Both the position numbers and the translations under genes were made by a program. Shown piece after piece: positions 20,919 through 31,270 of a stretch of 64,000 nt of DNA. The notes beneath the pieces were generated by a model. That model was not told where the DNA came from. It saw only the letters and a program-made list of their open reading frames with translations, and made no database searches. This DNA comes from an uncultured archaeon (GTDB lineage: Archaea > Thermoplasmatota > Penumbrarchaeia > JASLWR01): contig CAYFHS010000001.1 of NCBI GenBank assembly GCA_964342815.1, positions 243,849-307,848 of the forward strand. The letters run 5' to 3'. The number at the start of each line of letters is the position of its first letter. Position 1 is the stretch's first letter.

Positions 20919-22958
20919 TTAATATGCCGGCGGGGGCGGTATTCCCTGTCTGGGTCGTCCGCCAGAATCACCGGATGGTGGTGAAGGCCTCCTGTACGGA
21001 TCGTTATCATTGATCTGTGATTCGTAGTCATCGGAATCCGACGTTTTTGTCTTCTTACCTTTTATTACCAATACAATGACCAGCACCATTACGGTAAGGG
21101 CAACCAGAATTCCCAAGCCGATAAATATCCATTTCATATCGATCTTATCGTCATCCGAGCCGGATTTCTTATCGTTTATGTCGGCATAGAGGGTATTTCT
21201 CTCGGTCTTGAAACTCTCCACCTCACTCTCCGAGGCCAGAGTGGATTTGAAATTACTCTCTTGTGATATTGTGGGGGGCGTTACTCCAAACTCGTCGAAG
21301 ATCTCGCTGGGGATTTCGGGGGGTATTATCTCTGTCTGAACGATCATACCCAGCTCAGGAGCGTAATATAGGTTGATCTCCATTCCTTCCGGGCCCATTA
21401 TACCGTCGAAGATATCTTCGAAGGGATCAAAACTATCTTCCTCGTAATAATAATCGTCGTCATAGTAGTAACTATCATTATAGTAATAATCATCGTCGTA
21501 ATACTCGTCGTCGTAGTCATCATCGTAGGAATCGTTGTAATCATCTTCATCATCAGAGCGGCTTCCCGCCTGTTCCTGGTATACGATGGTATCCAAGTAG
21601 ACTATCTCTTGGCTCGGACCTTTAATCATGACTTCATAGACCTCTCCCTTTAAAATATCAATACCCATACTTTCCATGGGCATGTCGAAAGCGATATACT
21701 CTCCGTTGTTCCACATATGGTCTTCAAAATCATACGATGAATTTCGGTCACCTCCCAGGGCGGTTCCATTCAAATAGATGCGTTCGTTGAAATCAAGCTT
21801 CCTGGGTGAGTATCCTTGCCTTGCCACATAGAATGAATACATCGAGGGATCGATATCGACACCTTGCACTGCTCGTATGGTAAAGAAGCAGCCCTGTGTT
21901 TCATCAAAATTGTTTCCATCCCGCGATTCAAAGGCCATAATTATCACATCGTCCCAATCATCATCCCAATCATCGTCATCATAATATTCTTCCAACGCCT
22001 CAAAATCCGGGCTTATGGGTATGACTGGCGTTGTTGTGCCGTCAGCGAGAGTTATGGTGGTCTTCTTTCCGGATTTCAGGGCAAGCCAAATTTCATCGTC
22101 AAAGTCCTCCGGTCCCCCGCTCTCTTCTGCCAGATCAATAGTTTCGTCCTCGTGAATGTCGTCCTCTTCGGGGATTCCCGTAATGTCCGCTTTCGCGCGT
22201 ATCTTTCCAGATACGGATGCGGTCCCTGTGAAGCTGCCCTCGGGGGTCCATTCCTCGTTCTCCTCGATGGGTAGCTCAAAGATATCGAAGGGCTCATCGA
22301 AATCCAATGTGGCAGTTGCAACGATATTTTCGGTCTTTATGGAAGCGCCTCCCTTGATATCAAAATTCATGTTTTCGATACTACCTCTCACTGAGGCCGC
22401 GGCCTCGGCATTGAAAGAGGGTTTCAAAGACGCATCGATCCTGCTTAATGCAAGCTCATCGATGGTCATCCACATGTCTATGACGAGATCGAACTCAAAA
22501 TAATACTCCGCACTGCCGCTTCCTTTTATACTGTTACCCATACCGGCTATGTTGGCACTGGCTTCAACCCCCAGCCCGCTACCGAAATAGATTGTATTCC
22601 TTACCTGGTAGCACACCTCGCCGTTGACGTCGGCGTCGTCGGACAAGACCTCGGAGGTCATGTACAATCCCACGCCTCCGCCGTTAAAATCCACATTGAC
22701 ATCGAATGTTTGGACATCACCCGAAGCTTTCAATTCCTTGCCAGCTTCATCCAAGATTTTATCGATATCAAGGTCCGCGATCAGGTCATTCAAGTCCATG
22801 GATAGGGATTGGGACCATTTCTGGCCCTTTTCAAGAACCGGTGCTGAATTACCATTTTCCCGAACGTTGTCGTCCTCGGCATAGCTTATTGGTAATGCCG
22901 ATAATGTAAGGATCACCAATAAAGATAAACTTACTATTTTGATCATTATATTTTTCAT
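20919..22958 (-). CDS. Secreted, C-terminally anchored protein with Asp/Tyr low-complexity block
   Basis: Signal peptide, TM near the C-terminus (WIFIGLGILVALTVMVLVIVLVI), Pro-rich tail, D/Y block at ~21430-21556. Confidence 0.8.
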   Translation of the reverse strand: MKNIMIKIVSLSLLVILTLSALPISYAEDDNVRENGNSAPVLEKGQKWSQSLSMDLNDLIADLDIDKILDEAGKELKASGDVQTFDVNVDFNGGGVGLYMTSEVLSDDADVNGEVCYQVRNTIYFGSGLGVEASANIAGMGNSIKGSGSAEYYFEFDLVIDMWMTIDELALSRIDASLKPSFNAEAAASVRGSIENMNFDIKGGASIKTENIVATATLDFDEPFDIFELPIEENEEWTPEGSFTGTASVSGKIRAKADITGIPEEDDIHEDETIDLAEESGGPEDFDDEIWLALKSGKKTTITLADGTTTPVIPISPDFEALEEYYDDDDWDDDWDDVIIMAFESRDGNNFDETQGCFFTIRAVQGVDIDPSMYSFYVARQGYSPRKLDFNERIYLNGTALGGDRNSSYDFEDHMWNNGEYIAFDMPMESMGIDILKGEVYEVMIKGPSQEIVYLDTIVYQEQAGSRSDDEDDYNDSYDDDYDDEYYDDDYYYNDSYYYDDDYYYEEDSFDPFEDIFDGIMGPEGMEINLYYAPELGMIVQTEIIPPEIPSEIFDEFGVTPPTISQESNFKSTLASESEVESFKTERNTLYADINDKKSGSDDDKIDMKWIFIGLGILVALTVMVLVIVLVIKGKKTKTSDSDDYESQINDNDPYRRPSPPSGDSGGRPRQGIPPPPAY

Positions 22959-23309
22959 TTTTCTACCTCCTTTGTCACCTTGTTTGATTTCAAGGCTATC
23001 AGTTCATTGCCCACTATCTCAATTCGGTAACAGTGCTGGGCACATATGCAGTAGAGAGGGGATTTGCGGGATTTATAGTTTACGTCTATTTTACAAATCT
23101 TCAAATGGTGATTTTGTAGATACCCAAATTGATTGATAAAGAAAAAATAGTAGTTCTTCTATAATACGATAAAGAAGGAAAAAACCATTCCTGTCCATTC
23201 CGACGAAATGCAGTCGTGTGGGTCATTATGTAATAAAAAAAAGTATAGCCGCGGAGGTCTATCGCTTCCTCTTTGAGCTAGCATATATATTTACATCGGG
23301 TGAACGTTC

Positions 23310-24080
23310 ATGAAAAAAAAACATGTCCGAAATGAAGAAAGGGGCCGGAATATATCGAACCGTAAAAAACTTCAATCAAAGATCGACAATACTGATATTA
23401 ATAATTTATATTATGAACCATACCAACATATTCTTCACCTGAAGCCCATGGAAGCCATTCAGGAACACGCAAAAGCCGTGCATAAAACGGTTCAGCTTAT
23501 GAAAAAGATGTTTGATGCATATATTGAAGAGGACTTCACAACTGCGGATGAATATCTTCCGAAAGTGAAAGAAGCCGAATTCAAAGCAGATAACATAAAA
23601 TCCATAATTAGAGACAAACTCCCAAGAAGTTTCTTTTCCAGCCTGACAAAAGATGACATGAATTCTTTTCTGAAAGAATTGGATTCCGTGGCCGACAGTG
23701 CGGAGGACGTAGCCGATTATTTGGCCGCAAGAAGAACCAAAATTCCGGAAGAGGTGAAAAAGGGCTTTAAAAAACATTCGGATATAGTAGCCCAGTCAAT
23801 GAATATCCTATTTGACGTCATCACGGACCTGGGCCGGGTAATGAAAAGTGTTTTTCGCAAGAAGGATGTGGATGAATTATTACAGAAACTGCACTGTGTT
23901 GCTATTGCGGAGCATGAGGCCGATAAGGTCAAAATGGAATTGAGAAAGATAATATTCAACCTAGAGGGTCACGATCCCATTGCAGTGTACCACATGCTGA
24001 AACTCTTGCAGTTCTCGGACTATGTGGCTGATCACGCCGAGAATGTCGAAGGTCGTATAAGGATAATCGTAAGCCATTGA
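23310..24080 (+). CDS. DUF47/PhoU-like phosphate transport regulator (start uncertain)
   Basis: EAEFKADNIK..IR, ELDSVADSAEDVA, EHEAD, DYVADHAENV. Confidence 0.85.
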   Translation: MKKKHVRNEERGRNISNRKKLQSKIDNTDINNLYYEPYQHILHLKPMEAIQEHAKAVHKTVQLMKKMFDAYIEEDFTTADEYLPKVKEAEFKADNIKSIIRDKLPRSFFSSLTKDDMNSFLKELDSVADSAEDVADYLAARRTKIPEEVKKGFKKHSDIVAQSMNILFDVITDLGRVMKSVFRKKDVDELLQKLHCVAIAEHEADKVKMELRKIIFNLEGHDPIAVYHMLKLLQFSDYVADHAENVEGRIRIIVSH

Positions 24081-24127
24081 AGGTGTCACGAACGGCAAAA
24101 AATATTTAATTCATTCCCCTTTTACAC

Positions 24128-24691
24128 TTGTATATGGGTATTTTGAAGGAGTCTAGCTTCTATAAATTAGTTAGGAAAAATATCGAAAAGATAAGAGAAC
24201 AGGGGGAACCTCCCCGGACCGATCTAAGTGCCTTCGATTCAATGGATAAGTACGTTTGCGACCTATGCAGAGCTTCTGTCAATCGGTCCGGTCTGTTACA
24301 ATGTTCTTTTTGTGGTAGGTGGGTCTGCCGAGATAATTGTTTTGACCGGGAGGATGTTTCTTGTATAAACTGTCACGGCGTTATTAGGCTTTTGCGCGAG
24401 TCACGGAAGATGGACATAATCTCCAAGAAGAAAGCAGTTCTGCTGGATGAGCAGAAGTCGGCTCTTCGTGACGAAATGAGCTATCAAAAGAAAATGGAAG
24501 AACTCGAAAAGAAGAAAAAGATGCAGGATCTGGAGTTCGAAAGTAAAAAATTAGAGCTGGAACGCAAAAAGAGTTTGCTTGAGATCGAAGCCGATATTAA
24601 ATCCCGGGATTCAGGTGGAGGGATGCTCAAGGCAATCAGGAAAATAAAAAAGATGAAGAATTCGAATGGTACTGGTAATGACAAAAGGTGA
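24128..24691 (+). CDS. Hypothetical protein with 8-Cys zinc finger and coiled coil
   Basis: CDLC...CSFCGRWVCRDNC...CINC followed by a K/E coiled coil. Confidence 0.7.
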   Translation: MYMGILKESSFYKLVRKNIEKIREQGEPPRTDLSAFDSMDKYVCDLCRASVNRSGLLQCSFCGRWVCRDNCFDREDVSCINCHGVIRLLRESRKMDIISKKKAVLLDEQKSALRDEMSYQKKMEELEKKKKMQDLEFESKKLELERKKSLLEIEADIKSRDSGGGMLKAIRKIKKMKNSNGTGNDKR

Positions 24692-24908
24692 TACCGTGGA
24701 TGAACTGAACGCCATGGCCAAAGACCTGGATTGGGCAGAAAGGCTCAAGAATACGGAAGATTATCTTAATCCCGATCGCTCGAAAAAGAAGGGTTTTCGC
24801 GGATGGTTGATATTAATTGCTTTCGTTTTAGGTCTGGGACTTTCCTCAATTATATTCTATTGGTGGGATCCCATTAATGAGTGGTTAAGCAGTTTACCTG
24901 GTCTATAA
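24666..24908 (+). CDS. Small single-TM hypothetical protein
   Basis: Overlaps flanking genes; TM GWLILIAFVLGLGLSSIIFYWW. Confidence 0.6.
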   Translation: MVLVMTKGDTVDELNAMAKDLDWAERLKNTEDYLNPDRSKKKGFRGWLILIAFVLGLGLSSIIFYWWDPINEWLSSLPGL

Positions 24909-24928
24909 TAATCCCCGAAGGTGTTCAT

Positions 24929-26575
24929 ATGAAGGCTAAGACAAAAATTCTGAGAGGGTTGATTGTACTTTTTGTAGTATTTTTCATGTTATTAATTCTG
25001 GCTCCAACTGGCCAGGCCGATAAGATCATTGTGAAGGAAATTCCCGGAGAGACTTATGAAAAAACCATCAGCACGGGAGAGGAAGCAACTTACATATGGG
25101 AGGTTAAGAATGAGGATCCGGTCTCCAAATACCATGTGATAATTGAACTGGGGGAAGAGAACGAAGATTGGCAGAGCGACATTTTTCCCTTCGATTTTGA
25201 CATAGAACCCAATGAGAATGTGACGGTGAAATTAACTGTAAGCACAGAATCACGTTTCGACGGAGATATGCAGGATCACAGGTTATACTTCAGGTTCTCA
25301 TCGGGAAAGAAGAACTCTACGGCAGATGCATATGCTAAAACGACCCAGGATATTCCCGAAAGCGAGAAGAAACTGACATTCAGCGGTATTGAAATCCCCC
25401 TTCCCGAGGCCCTCAACAACATGCTCGGTCGTTTCGCAGGCTCATTCCTGTTATGGGTTGCAATGGCACTGCTTTCGTGGTTCTTATTGAAAATAGTAAT
25501 GGCAAGGATTACAAAAAAGACTGTTACCGATCTTGATGATAAGGTCTTGGGCGTGGTGCAGACTCCGTTGATACTCCTGATAGTGCTCTATGGCGTGGTG
25601 GATTCCCTCGTATATCTGGAATTGACTCCGGCTACGATATCGCAGATAAAGACAGTATACGACTTCGGTTTAATGCTCATTACCATGTGGACTGCATTCC
25701 GCCTTTTCAGGATAGGATTGGAGTTCATAGCCGAGCGCTGGGTAAAAAAGAAGGAGTTTCATATAAAGTTCGTATTGATCCCGTTGATCGAAAAACTGGG
25801 CAAAGCTGTATTCTTTACAGTTCTCTTCATTCTTATTTTAGGTTTTTTCGGTGTGGATCTAACTGCCTTCGTGGCCGGGGCCGGGATACTGGGTCTAGTC
25901 GTCGCCTTCGCGGCACAGGATACCCTCGCCAATTTCTTTGCTGGTATATTCCTTATTATGGAGCCGAAGTTCAAGGTTAATGATACCATCACTTTTGAGA
26001 ACGAAGTTTATCTCGTTAGAACCATTGGCTTGCGCACGACCCAACTGTATGATATTTACCAGAACATGGATGTTATTGTGCCCAATCATACTCTTGCCAC
26101 CTCGAAGCTGGTAAACCTTGACGAGCCTGACAAGAAACTCAGGATAACACTTCACATTCCAGTGGCCTTTGCAACCGACATAGACAAGCTGGAAGAAGTG
26201 GTCCGGGATGTCTCTGACAGGCATCCGGATATTATCACCGACAACCCGACAAACGAACCGCTTTTGTATTTCAACGAGTTCGGCCCGTATTATCTGGATT
26301 TTGTTTTCATGTTCTGGATAGAGAATCTTGAGGACCGTTTTTTTATCCGACAGCGGGTTTTCAAATCGTTGTACAAGGGATTGAGGGATATGCAGATAGA
26401 AGTACCGCTGCCTCAGACCGTTTATTCGATTAGTGATGGTAAGCTGCATGATCACCCCTTGGTTGAGGGTATCGATGTTCAGGCCAAGCTCGATTCGTAC
26501 AAAGAAGGTGATCCGGTCCTTGATCGAAATAATAAGGCCCGGGTAAAAATGAAATTGGCAAAAAAACAGAAATGA
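24929..26575 (+). CDS. mscS: MscS-family mechanosensitive channel with extracellular N-terminal domain
   Basis: AGAGILGLVVAFAAQDTLANFFAGIFL, IGLRTT, VPNHTL; likely ATG at 24929 after GAAGGTG. Confidence 0.92.
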   Translation: MKAKTKILRGLIVLFVVFFMLLILAPTGQADKIIVKEIPGETYEKTISTGEEATYIWEVKNEDPVSKYHVIIELGEENEDWQSDIFPFDFDIEPNENVTVKLTVSTESRFDGDMQDHRLYFRFSSGKKNSTADAYAKTTQDIPESEKKLTFSGIEIPLPEALNNMLGRFAGSFLLWVAMALLSWFLLKIVMARITKKTVTDLDDKVLGVVQTPLILLIVLYGVVDSLVYLELTPATISQIKTVYDFGLMLITMWTAFRLFRIGLEFIAERWVKKKEFHIKFVLIPLIEKLGKAVFFTVLFILILGFFGVDLTAFVAGAGILGLVVAFAAQDTLANFFAGIFLIMEPKFKVNDTITFENEVYLVRTIGLRTTQLYDIYQNMDVIVPNHTLATSKLVNLDEPDKKLRITLHIPVAFATDIDKLEEVVRDVSDRHPDIITDNPTNEPLLYFNEFGPYYLDFVFMFWIENLEDRFFIRQRVFKSLYKGLRDMQIEVPLPQTVYSISDGKLHDHPLVEGIDVQAKLDSYKEGDPVLDRNNKARVKMKLAKKQK

Positions 26576-26687
26576 GCATTAATGGGGCAAATGTCTCTGT
26601 GTAATCTGAGATAATATTGTATCGTTTCATGTTTTATCATCCACATAGCAAAATTTTTTATTTTAGGAGAAATATATATGTGGGAAC

Positions 26688-27734
26688 ATGGCAAAAACAC
26701 GATTACCGGAAGGTGCAAAGAGCTTGACGGCAAAGGTGTCCGTCATACCAAGGGACGCTATTTGCACAAATTGTATGAAGACTATTCGCACTGGAGAATG
26801 GGTGGTGGAATGTGGATGCGGAAGGAAATATAATATGGATTGCGCATTTGAGCTGATGACCTGTTCTTTCTGCGGAGCCGATTTCTACGATATGGACCTT
26901 TCAACCGAAAAAGAGAAAGTACCCATAGGACAGTTTTTAAACCACGTGGATCGCTATTACGAACGCTTGACCGATTCAAGAAAAGAACCAATTCTCACCG
27001 TACCGGTGCCGAGTGTAAAGCTGACGACCCCGGTGCGCACTAAACCCCTTCCATTCGTTTCTGCGAATATCCTTGGTAAGGGTACGGCAGCTTCGCATTT
27101 GCAGATGGAGCAGTACTGTGCCCGTGCGATAGGCATCCAGAACTCATTTATAACTGAAGCGACAAAGGCCCGTATAAACACAACCAAAGCCGTGAACAGT
27201 CTAACTCGGGCCAGAACCGCCCTGAAAGTGCATGATATAACAAACTCGCTTTCATTTCTCAAACAGGCAGACCAGGAGATAAAGAACAAGATAATCCATA
27301 CAATAAACATATCATCTCAGTTGATGAAGGATATCGAGAATGAGGGAGCCAACATACGTATAATAAGGAATCTTATAATAATGGGTTTCAATTCCCTGGA
27401 GGAAGGGAAGATTCTTGCATCATTGTATTACCTGCGTAGAGTGAACGAGGAGGTGGAGCGGATGAAAGCATCAGGTGATCCGGCTCACTATTTCGAGGGG
27501 GAGGATTTCTATTCATTGATCGGAGTCGAGAAAGATGCCGATTTTGGCACTATACGCAAAGCTTATCGAACTCAGATAACGGAACTTCACCCCGACAGGC
27601 ATGCAGAATCCGATGAAAAAACAAGAACGGCGGCCGAAGATAAGGCAAAAAGTCTCAACAGGGCATACAATACGCTGAAACGGTCCCAGGAAAGACGTCT
27701 TTACGATATAGCCATGGGTTTTTGTAAATATTGA
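26688..27734 (+). CDS. RING/PHD-like zinc finger plus C-terminal DnaJ (J) domain protein
   Basis: DFYSLIGV...IRKAYR...LHPDRH...LNRAYNTLK...RRLYD; N-terminal CxxC-x12-CxC-x7-C-x6-CxxC. Confidence 0.85.
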   Translation: MAKTRLPEGAKSLTAKVSVIPRDAICTNCMKTIRTGEWVVECGCGRKYNMDCAFELMTCSFCGADFYDMDLSTEKEKVPIGQFLNHVDRYYERLTDSRKEPILTVPVPSVKLTTPVRTKPLPFVSANILGKGTAASHLQMEQYCARAIGIQNSFITEATKARINTTKAVNSLTRARTALKVHDITNSLSFLKQADQEIKNKIIHTINISSQLMKDIENEGANIRIIRNLIIMGFNSLEEGKILASLYYLRRVNEEVERMKASGDPAHYFEGEDFYSLIGVEKDADFGTIRKAYRTQITELHPDRHAESDEKTRTAAEDKAKSLNRAYNTLKRSQERRLYDIAMGFCKY

Positions 27735-27872
27735 ATCTTCCTTTATCCTATAGAGCTCCCCACTGTTCGAATATCGTCCTATAAAGTTTATATATTTACA
27801 ATGAGATACTTGGATTACTGTAAGGTAGGAATGGAACCAAATATTATTGAGCTTATGTGAGGGAAATATCGA

Positions 27873-29138
27873 ATGATCGCAGGTAAATATTCACGGATGG
27901 CCGTTGCAGCGATGCTCATTATGGGTCTCCTTATGGTATTGCCAGGACCCGCGGCGGGAGCCAGTATAGTTGTAAGGGGTGTCGACGATAGTGGCGAGGA
28001 CATAGGGGAGGATGGAATTTTCGATTTTCTTATCATAACGGTACAGCTTAACGTCGAAAACGGGGGTGACTATACCATCTACGGGACCATTGAACAAATC
28101 AACTCGGATCCGATAATGGCTCACAACATGTCACAGCTATCCATGGGCGACGGAATTCTCTCTGTGAAGATTCCGGGAGCAAAGATATTCGAATTAAACC
28201 GGAACGGACCCTACGATGTCACCCTGAGGATCATCAATAATAAGGATCATATTTCCCATGCGCATAAGACGAAAAGGTATTCCTACGAGGACTTCAACCC
28301 ATCGAGCGAACTGGATGTCCCCGTCCTACCGTTGGATAACGAGAACATCACACTGGACTTTGCATCCATCATGCGTAAACCGCACATAGAATTCTACCCA
28401 ACGCTACAGAAAGAAAAATATAAATTTTCCGTTTCCTTTGATCATATAATCGGTTTTGCGGATGACGGAGATAAGGTATATGGCCCGAATGATGATGTAT
28501 TGTTCAGGGGTGATCTCTCGCAGATTATATGGTTTCCCATGATATCATCGAAGGATAACACCTTCCGCCTGAGCATGAGCAATACGATAAAATTGCTTCC
28601 TCTGAAGGAAACGAACACTCCGGTGAACGTAACTGTGGAATTCATATTCAGTACTAACGTTCAGGGAACATACAAGAAGTTCGATATAGATCTGATACTG
28701 AACGAACCTGTGGAAGGGATCGATTTTTTCGCTCTCGAGCATCATCTTGAAGACCTCAAAGATATGACAGAGTTCAACTTCGTCGATAATGAAAGAACGG
28801 CAAGGGTACAATTCGTCAACGGCGGTCGTGAAGAGACTGCCTATTATGAATGGATCAAGGAGGCCGATAGCTATTCAGCAGCTGGTGAACAGACCGTCGA
28901 ACTCACCCATTCTTACAGCATCGACGGTTCGGTCATGAGCTTGTACATCAACTATCCCAATGAAGCCACGACCGACAGGATATTCCACGATCCCGTGCTG
29001 GGGATCAAGATGAAGCCCGCGGATCCGAACGGAGAGGTGAGCAAAAGCGGGCACAGCCCAGTACTTTTTGTGATAGCGGTTGTGGTAGGCGGTCTTTTCA
29101 TTCTTTATACTATTCATTCCCAGAGAAAAAGGGAATGA
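27873..29138 (+). CDS. Secreted, C-terminally anchored surface protein
   Basis: Signal peptide; DDSGEDIGEDGIFDFLIITVQLNV module; C-terminal TM plus basic tail. Confidence 0.8.
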   Translation: MIAGKYSRMAVAAMLIMGLLMVLPGPAAGASIVVRGVDDSGEDIGEDGIFDFLIITVQLNVENGGDYTIYGTIEQINSDPIMAHNMSQLSMGDGILSVKIPGAKIFELNRNGPYDVTLRIINNKDHISHAHKTKRYSYEDFNPSSELDVPVLPLDNENITLDFASIMRKPHIEFYPTLQKEKYKFSVSFDHIIGFADDGDKVYGPNDDVLFRGDLSQIIWFPMISSKDNTFRLSMSNTIKLLPLKETNTPVNVTVEFIFSTNVQGTYKKFDIDLILNEPVEGIDFFALEHHLEDLKDMTEFNFVDNERTARVQFVNGGREETAYYEWIKEADSYSAAGEQTVELTHSYSIDGSVMSLYINYPNEATTDRIFHDPVLGIKMKPADPNGEVSKSGHSPVLFVIAVVVGGLFILYTIHSQRKRE

Positions 29139-29173
29139 AGGATCAGAATAGTTTTGGCACTTGGTAATAAAAA

Positions 29174-31270
29174 TCATACGAGCAGCATATTGGCTACCAC
29201 TACCGTTAAGGTGAATACCACCAGTGTCACCGGCAGTGTTCTCGCGAATGCGACCTTCACCTCAACTTTGTCGTCCCCGTACCTTATGTTCGTGCAGAAA
29301 TATATGATTATAAGTGCCGTGAAAAGAAGATATATGCCGATTATGAGTGAAAATATCTCCGCCGGTATGGGCGCGCTGTCTCCGAATCCCAGCTCAAAAG
29401 CTCCGATACCTGCCATGCTTGCAGTTTCATTGCTGGTTATGGGACCAATATCACCTATATTCTCCGTGAGCATGAGATAGAGGGCCGTGGTTATTCCCAT
29501 GATCAACGGACCGAAGACGGAGCCGGTGGTAAGCATCATGCTTCTTATTCCCGACAGATTGTTATCGATCTCTTTTTCAACACTTTTCAGATCGCGGAGG
29601 TATCGGGATATCTTGATAATCGTTGCCCCGGCCGTTGATGCATCCTTCTTTATGGATTCGATGACGGTTCCCATTGTAGCCCGGATTGTCCTCGATGGCA
29701 GGTCCGACAGGATTCCCATGGGGCCGAACAGTGCATCTTTGAGAGTGCTCCTTACTACCTGCAGGTTGTAGAACATCTGTCGGTACAATCGTCCGATATG
29801 GGTGCCTTCCAGGGTCTTCGAAGTGGATCGGAGTGAATCTTCGAACGCCTTTCCTTCTGCAATCCGGCTTCCAAGATGATAGAGCGCATCGGGAAATTCG
29901 TCCTCCATCTTCATTACTACCTCTCTTTTTCGCTTCTGGTGCTTACTGGTGCGGTGCGAGTAATTCACAACGGCCATGCCAGCACCCCATATGACCGGAA
30001 GCGGTGTCAGCGATCGGATAAGAGCATCCGAATCCTCAGTGAGCGACCGCATCCACAATATACTGAGGATCAATCCCAGTACGAAAATGGAAATGGAAGT
30101 GGCAATTATAAGGTTGCTCTTTTTTCTTGAAAGCGGATTTGGGATCATGGGGGGTACCGAGGTCCCCGGCCTGTTTCCCAGTATGTGGAATGCATAAAGA
30201 AAGGTCACCCCGGGGAACAGGATATCCATTAAAATTATTATCATTGGCAGCGAATTTGCCCCCACCTGCAGTAACGGAAGAAGTGCTCCTACGATCATGG
30301 GAAGCATTATTCCGAGAGAGAACAGCACCATTGTGGGACCGGTAAGTGAATTGGCAAATCCTTCCATCTGGCGTTTCGTCCCCTCAAGAATAACGTCATT
30401 TGCCGTGTCAAGCGCGCGATGTATTCCCTCTTTTGTTTTCTCTATGGCTGCGTTCCTTATGTTATAGAGAGCTCTTTTGAACTCTTCGGAGAACTCCCCG
30501 CAAAAGAAGGCAAAATCAAGAAATGATTCCTCGATGCTGTCGAATTCCCTGATGTACACGTTCCAGAGTATCTTTTTCAGGTTCGTAGATAACGGTTCGT
30601 CCACATTGTCCGAGGCGAATTCGATGGCCGTATTCAATGACGGATTGAGATACATGGACATTGACATGTAATTGATGGTCTCGGGAAGCCTCCCCAAGGT
30701 TTTCACCTGCACCTTTCGGGCTTTGTTCATTGGATATCGAAGTATCATACTGGCGATTATCGGAGGTGTCAGCAGTGTTACAAGAGCAATAACGAACATT
30801 ATTAGATTGCTGATCTCATATCCCAAGAAATTCAGCAATGCCAAAATTACCGAATCAATGAATAATAGAAAAGGGAATAGGACCATCAACGCGAAGTTCG
30901 AAAAGATCGGGACCTGATACGGCTCGATATCGTATCGAAGATATTTCAGTGAAAAGTTCAATTCATGCTTTTCGTACTTGATCTTGGCAGCTATAAATAT
31001 GTCCTGACAGAGATTGAAGCGGTTCTCCTCGTCCCAGTAAAGTTCATCGGTCTTCTGGAACTTTTTCTTTGCCTCTTTGAATTTAGCCTTGGCTTTTTCG
31101 AATTTTTTCTTAGCGCTTTCAAACTCCTTGTCGCGTTTTTCATCATACTGTGTTTTTTTCTTTCCCCTGTCCTTTCCGATCAATTTCGTTGCCAGTTCGC
31201 ACCCGTGTGTAAACCAGTTTCTATTGTAGAAACCTGCGCCAGATTTCATGGATTGACCGCTACTGGGCAT
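29174..31270 (-). CDS. Type II secretion F / TadC-FlaJ-like membrane platform protein
   Basis: Two T2SSF-like halves (LPETINYMSMSM...LNTAI; EFPDALYHLGSRIAEG..FEDSL), multiple TMs; adjacent to the ATPase; start probably 31270 or 31249. Confidence 0.8.
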   Translation of the reverse strand: MPSSGQSMKSGAGFYNRNWFTHGCELATKLIGKDRGKKKTQYDEKRDKEFESAKKKFEKAKAKFKEAKKKFQKTDELYWDEENRFNLCQDIFIAAKIKYEKHELNFSLKYLRYDIEPYQVPIFSNFALMVLFPFLLFIDSVILALLNFLGYEISNLIMFVIALVTLLTPPIIASMILRYPMNKARKVQVKTLGRLPETINYMSMSMYLNPSLNTAIEFASDNVDEPLSTNLKKILWNVYIREFDSIEESFLDFAFFCGEFSEEFKRALYNIRNAAIEKTKEGIHRALDTANDVILEGTKRQMEGFANSLTGPTMVLFSLGIMLPMIVGALLPLLQVGANSLPMIIILMDILFPGVTFLYAFHILGNRPGTSVPPMIPNPLSRKKSNLIIATSISIFVLGLILSILWMRSLTEDSDALIRSLTPLPVIWGAGMAVVNYSHRTSKHQKRKREVVMKMEDEFPDALYHLGSRIAEGKAFEDSLRSTSKTLEGTHIGRLYRQMFYNLQVVRSTLKDALFGPMGILSDLPSRTIRATMGTVIESIKKDASTAGATIIKISRYLRDLKSVEKEIDNNLSGIRSMMLTTGSVFGPLIMGITTALYLMLTENIGDIGPITSNETASMAGIGAFELGFGDSAPIPAEIFSLIIGIYLLFTALIIIYFCTNIRYGDDKVEVKVAFARTLPVTLVVFTLTVVVANMLLV

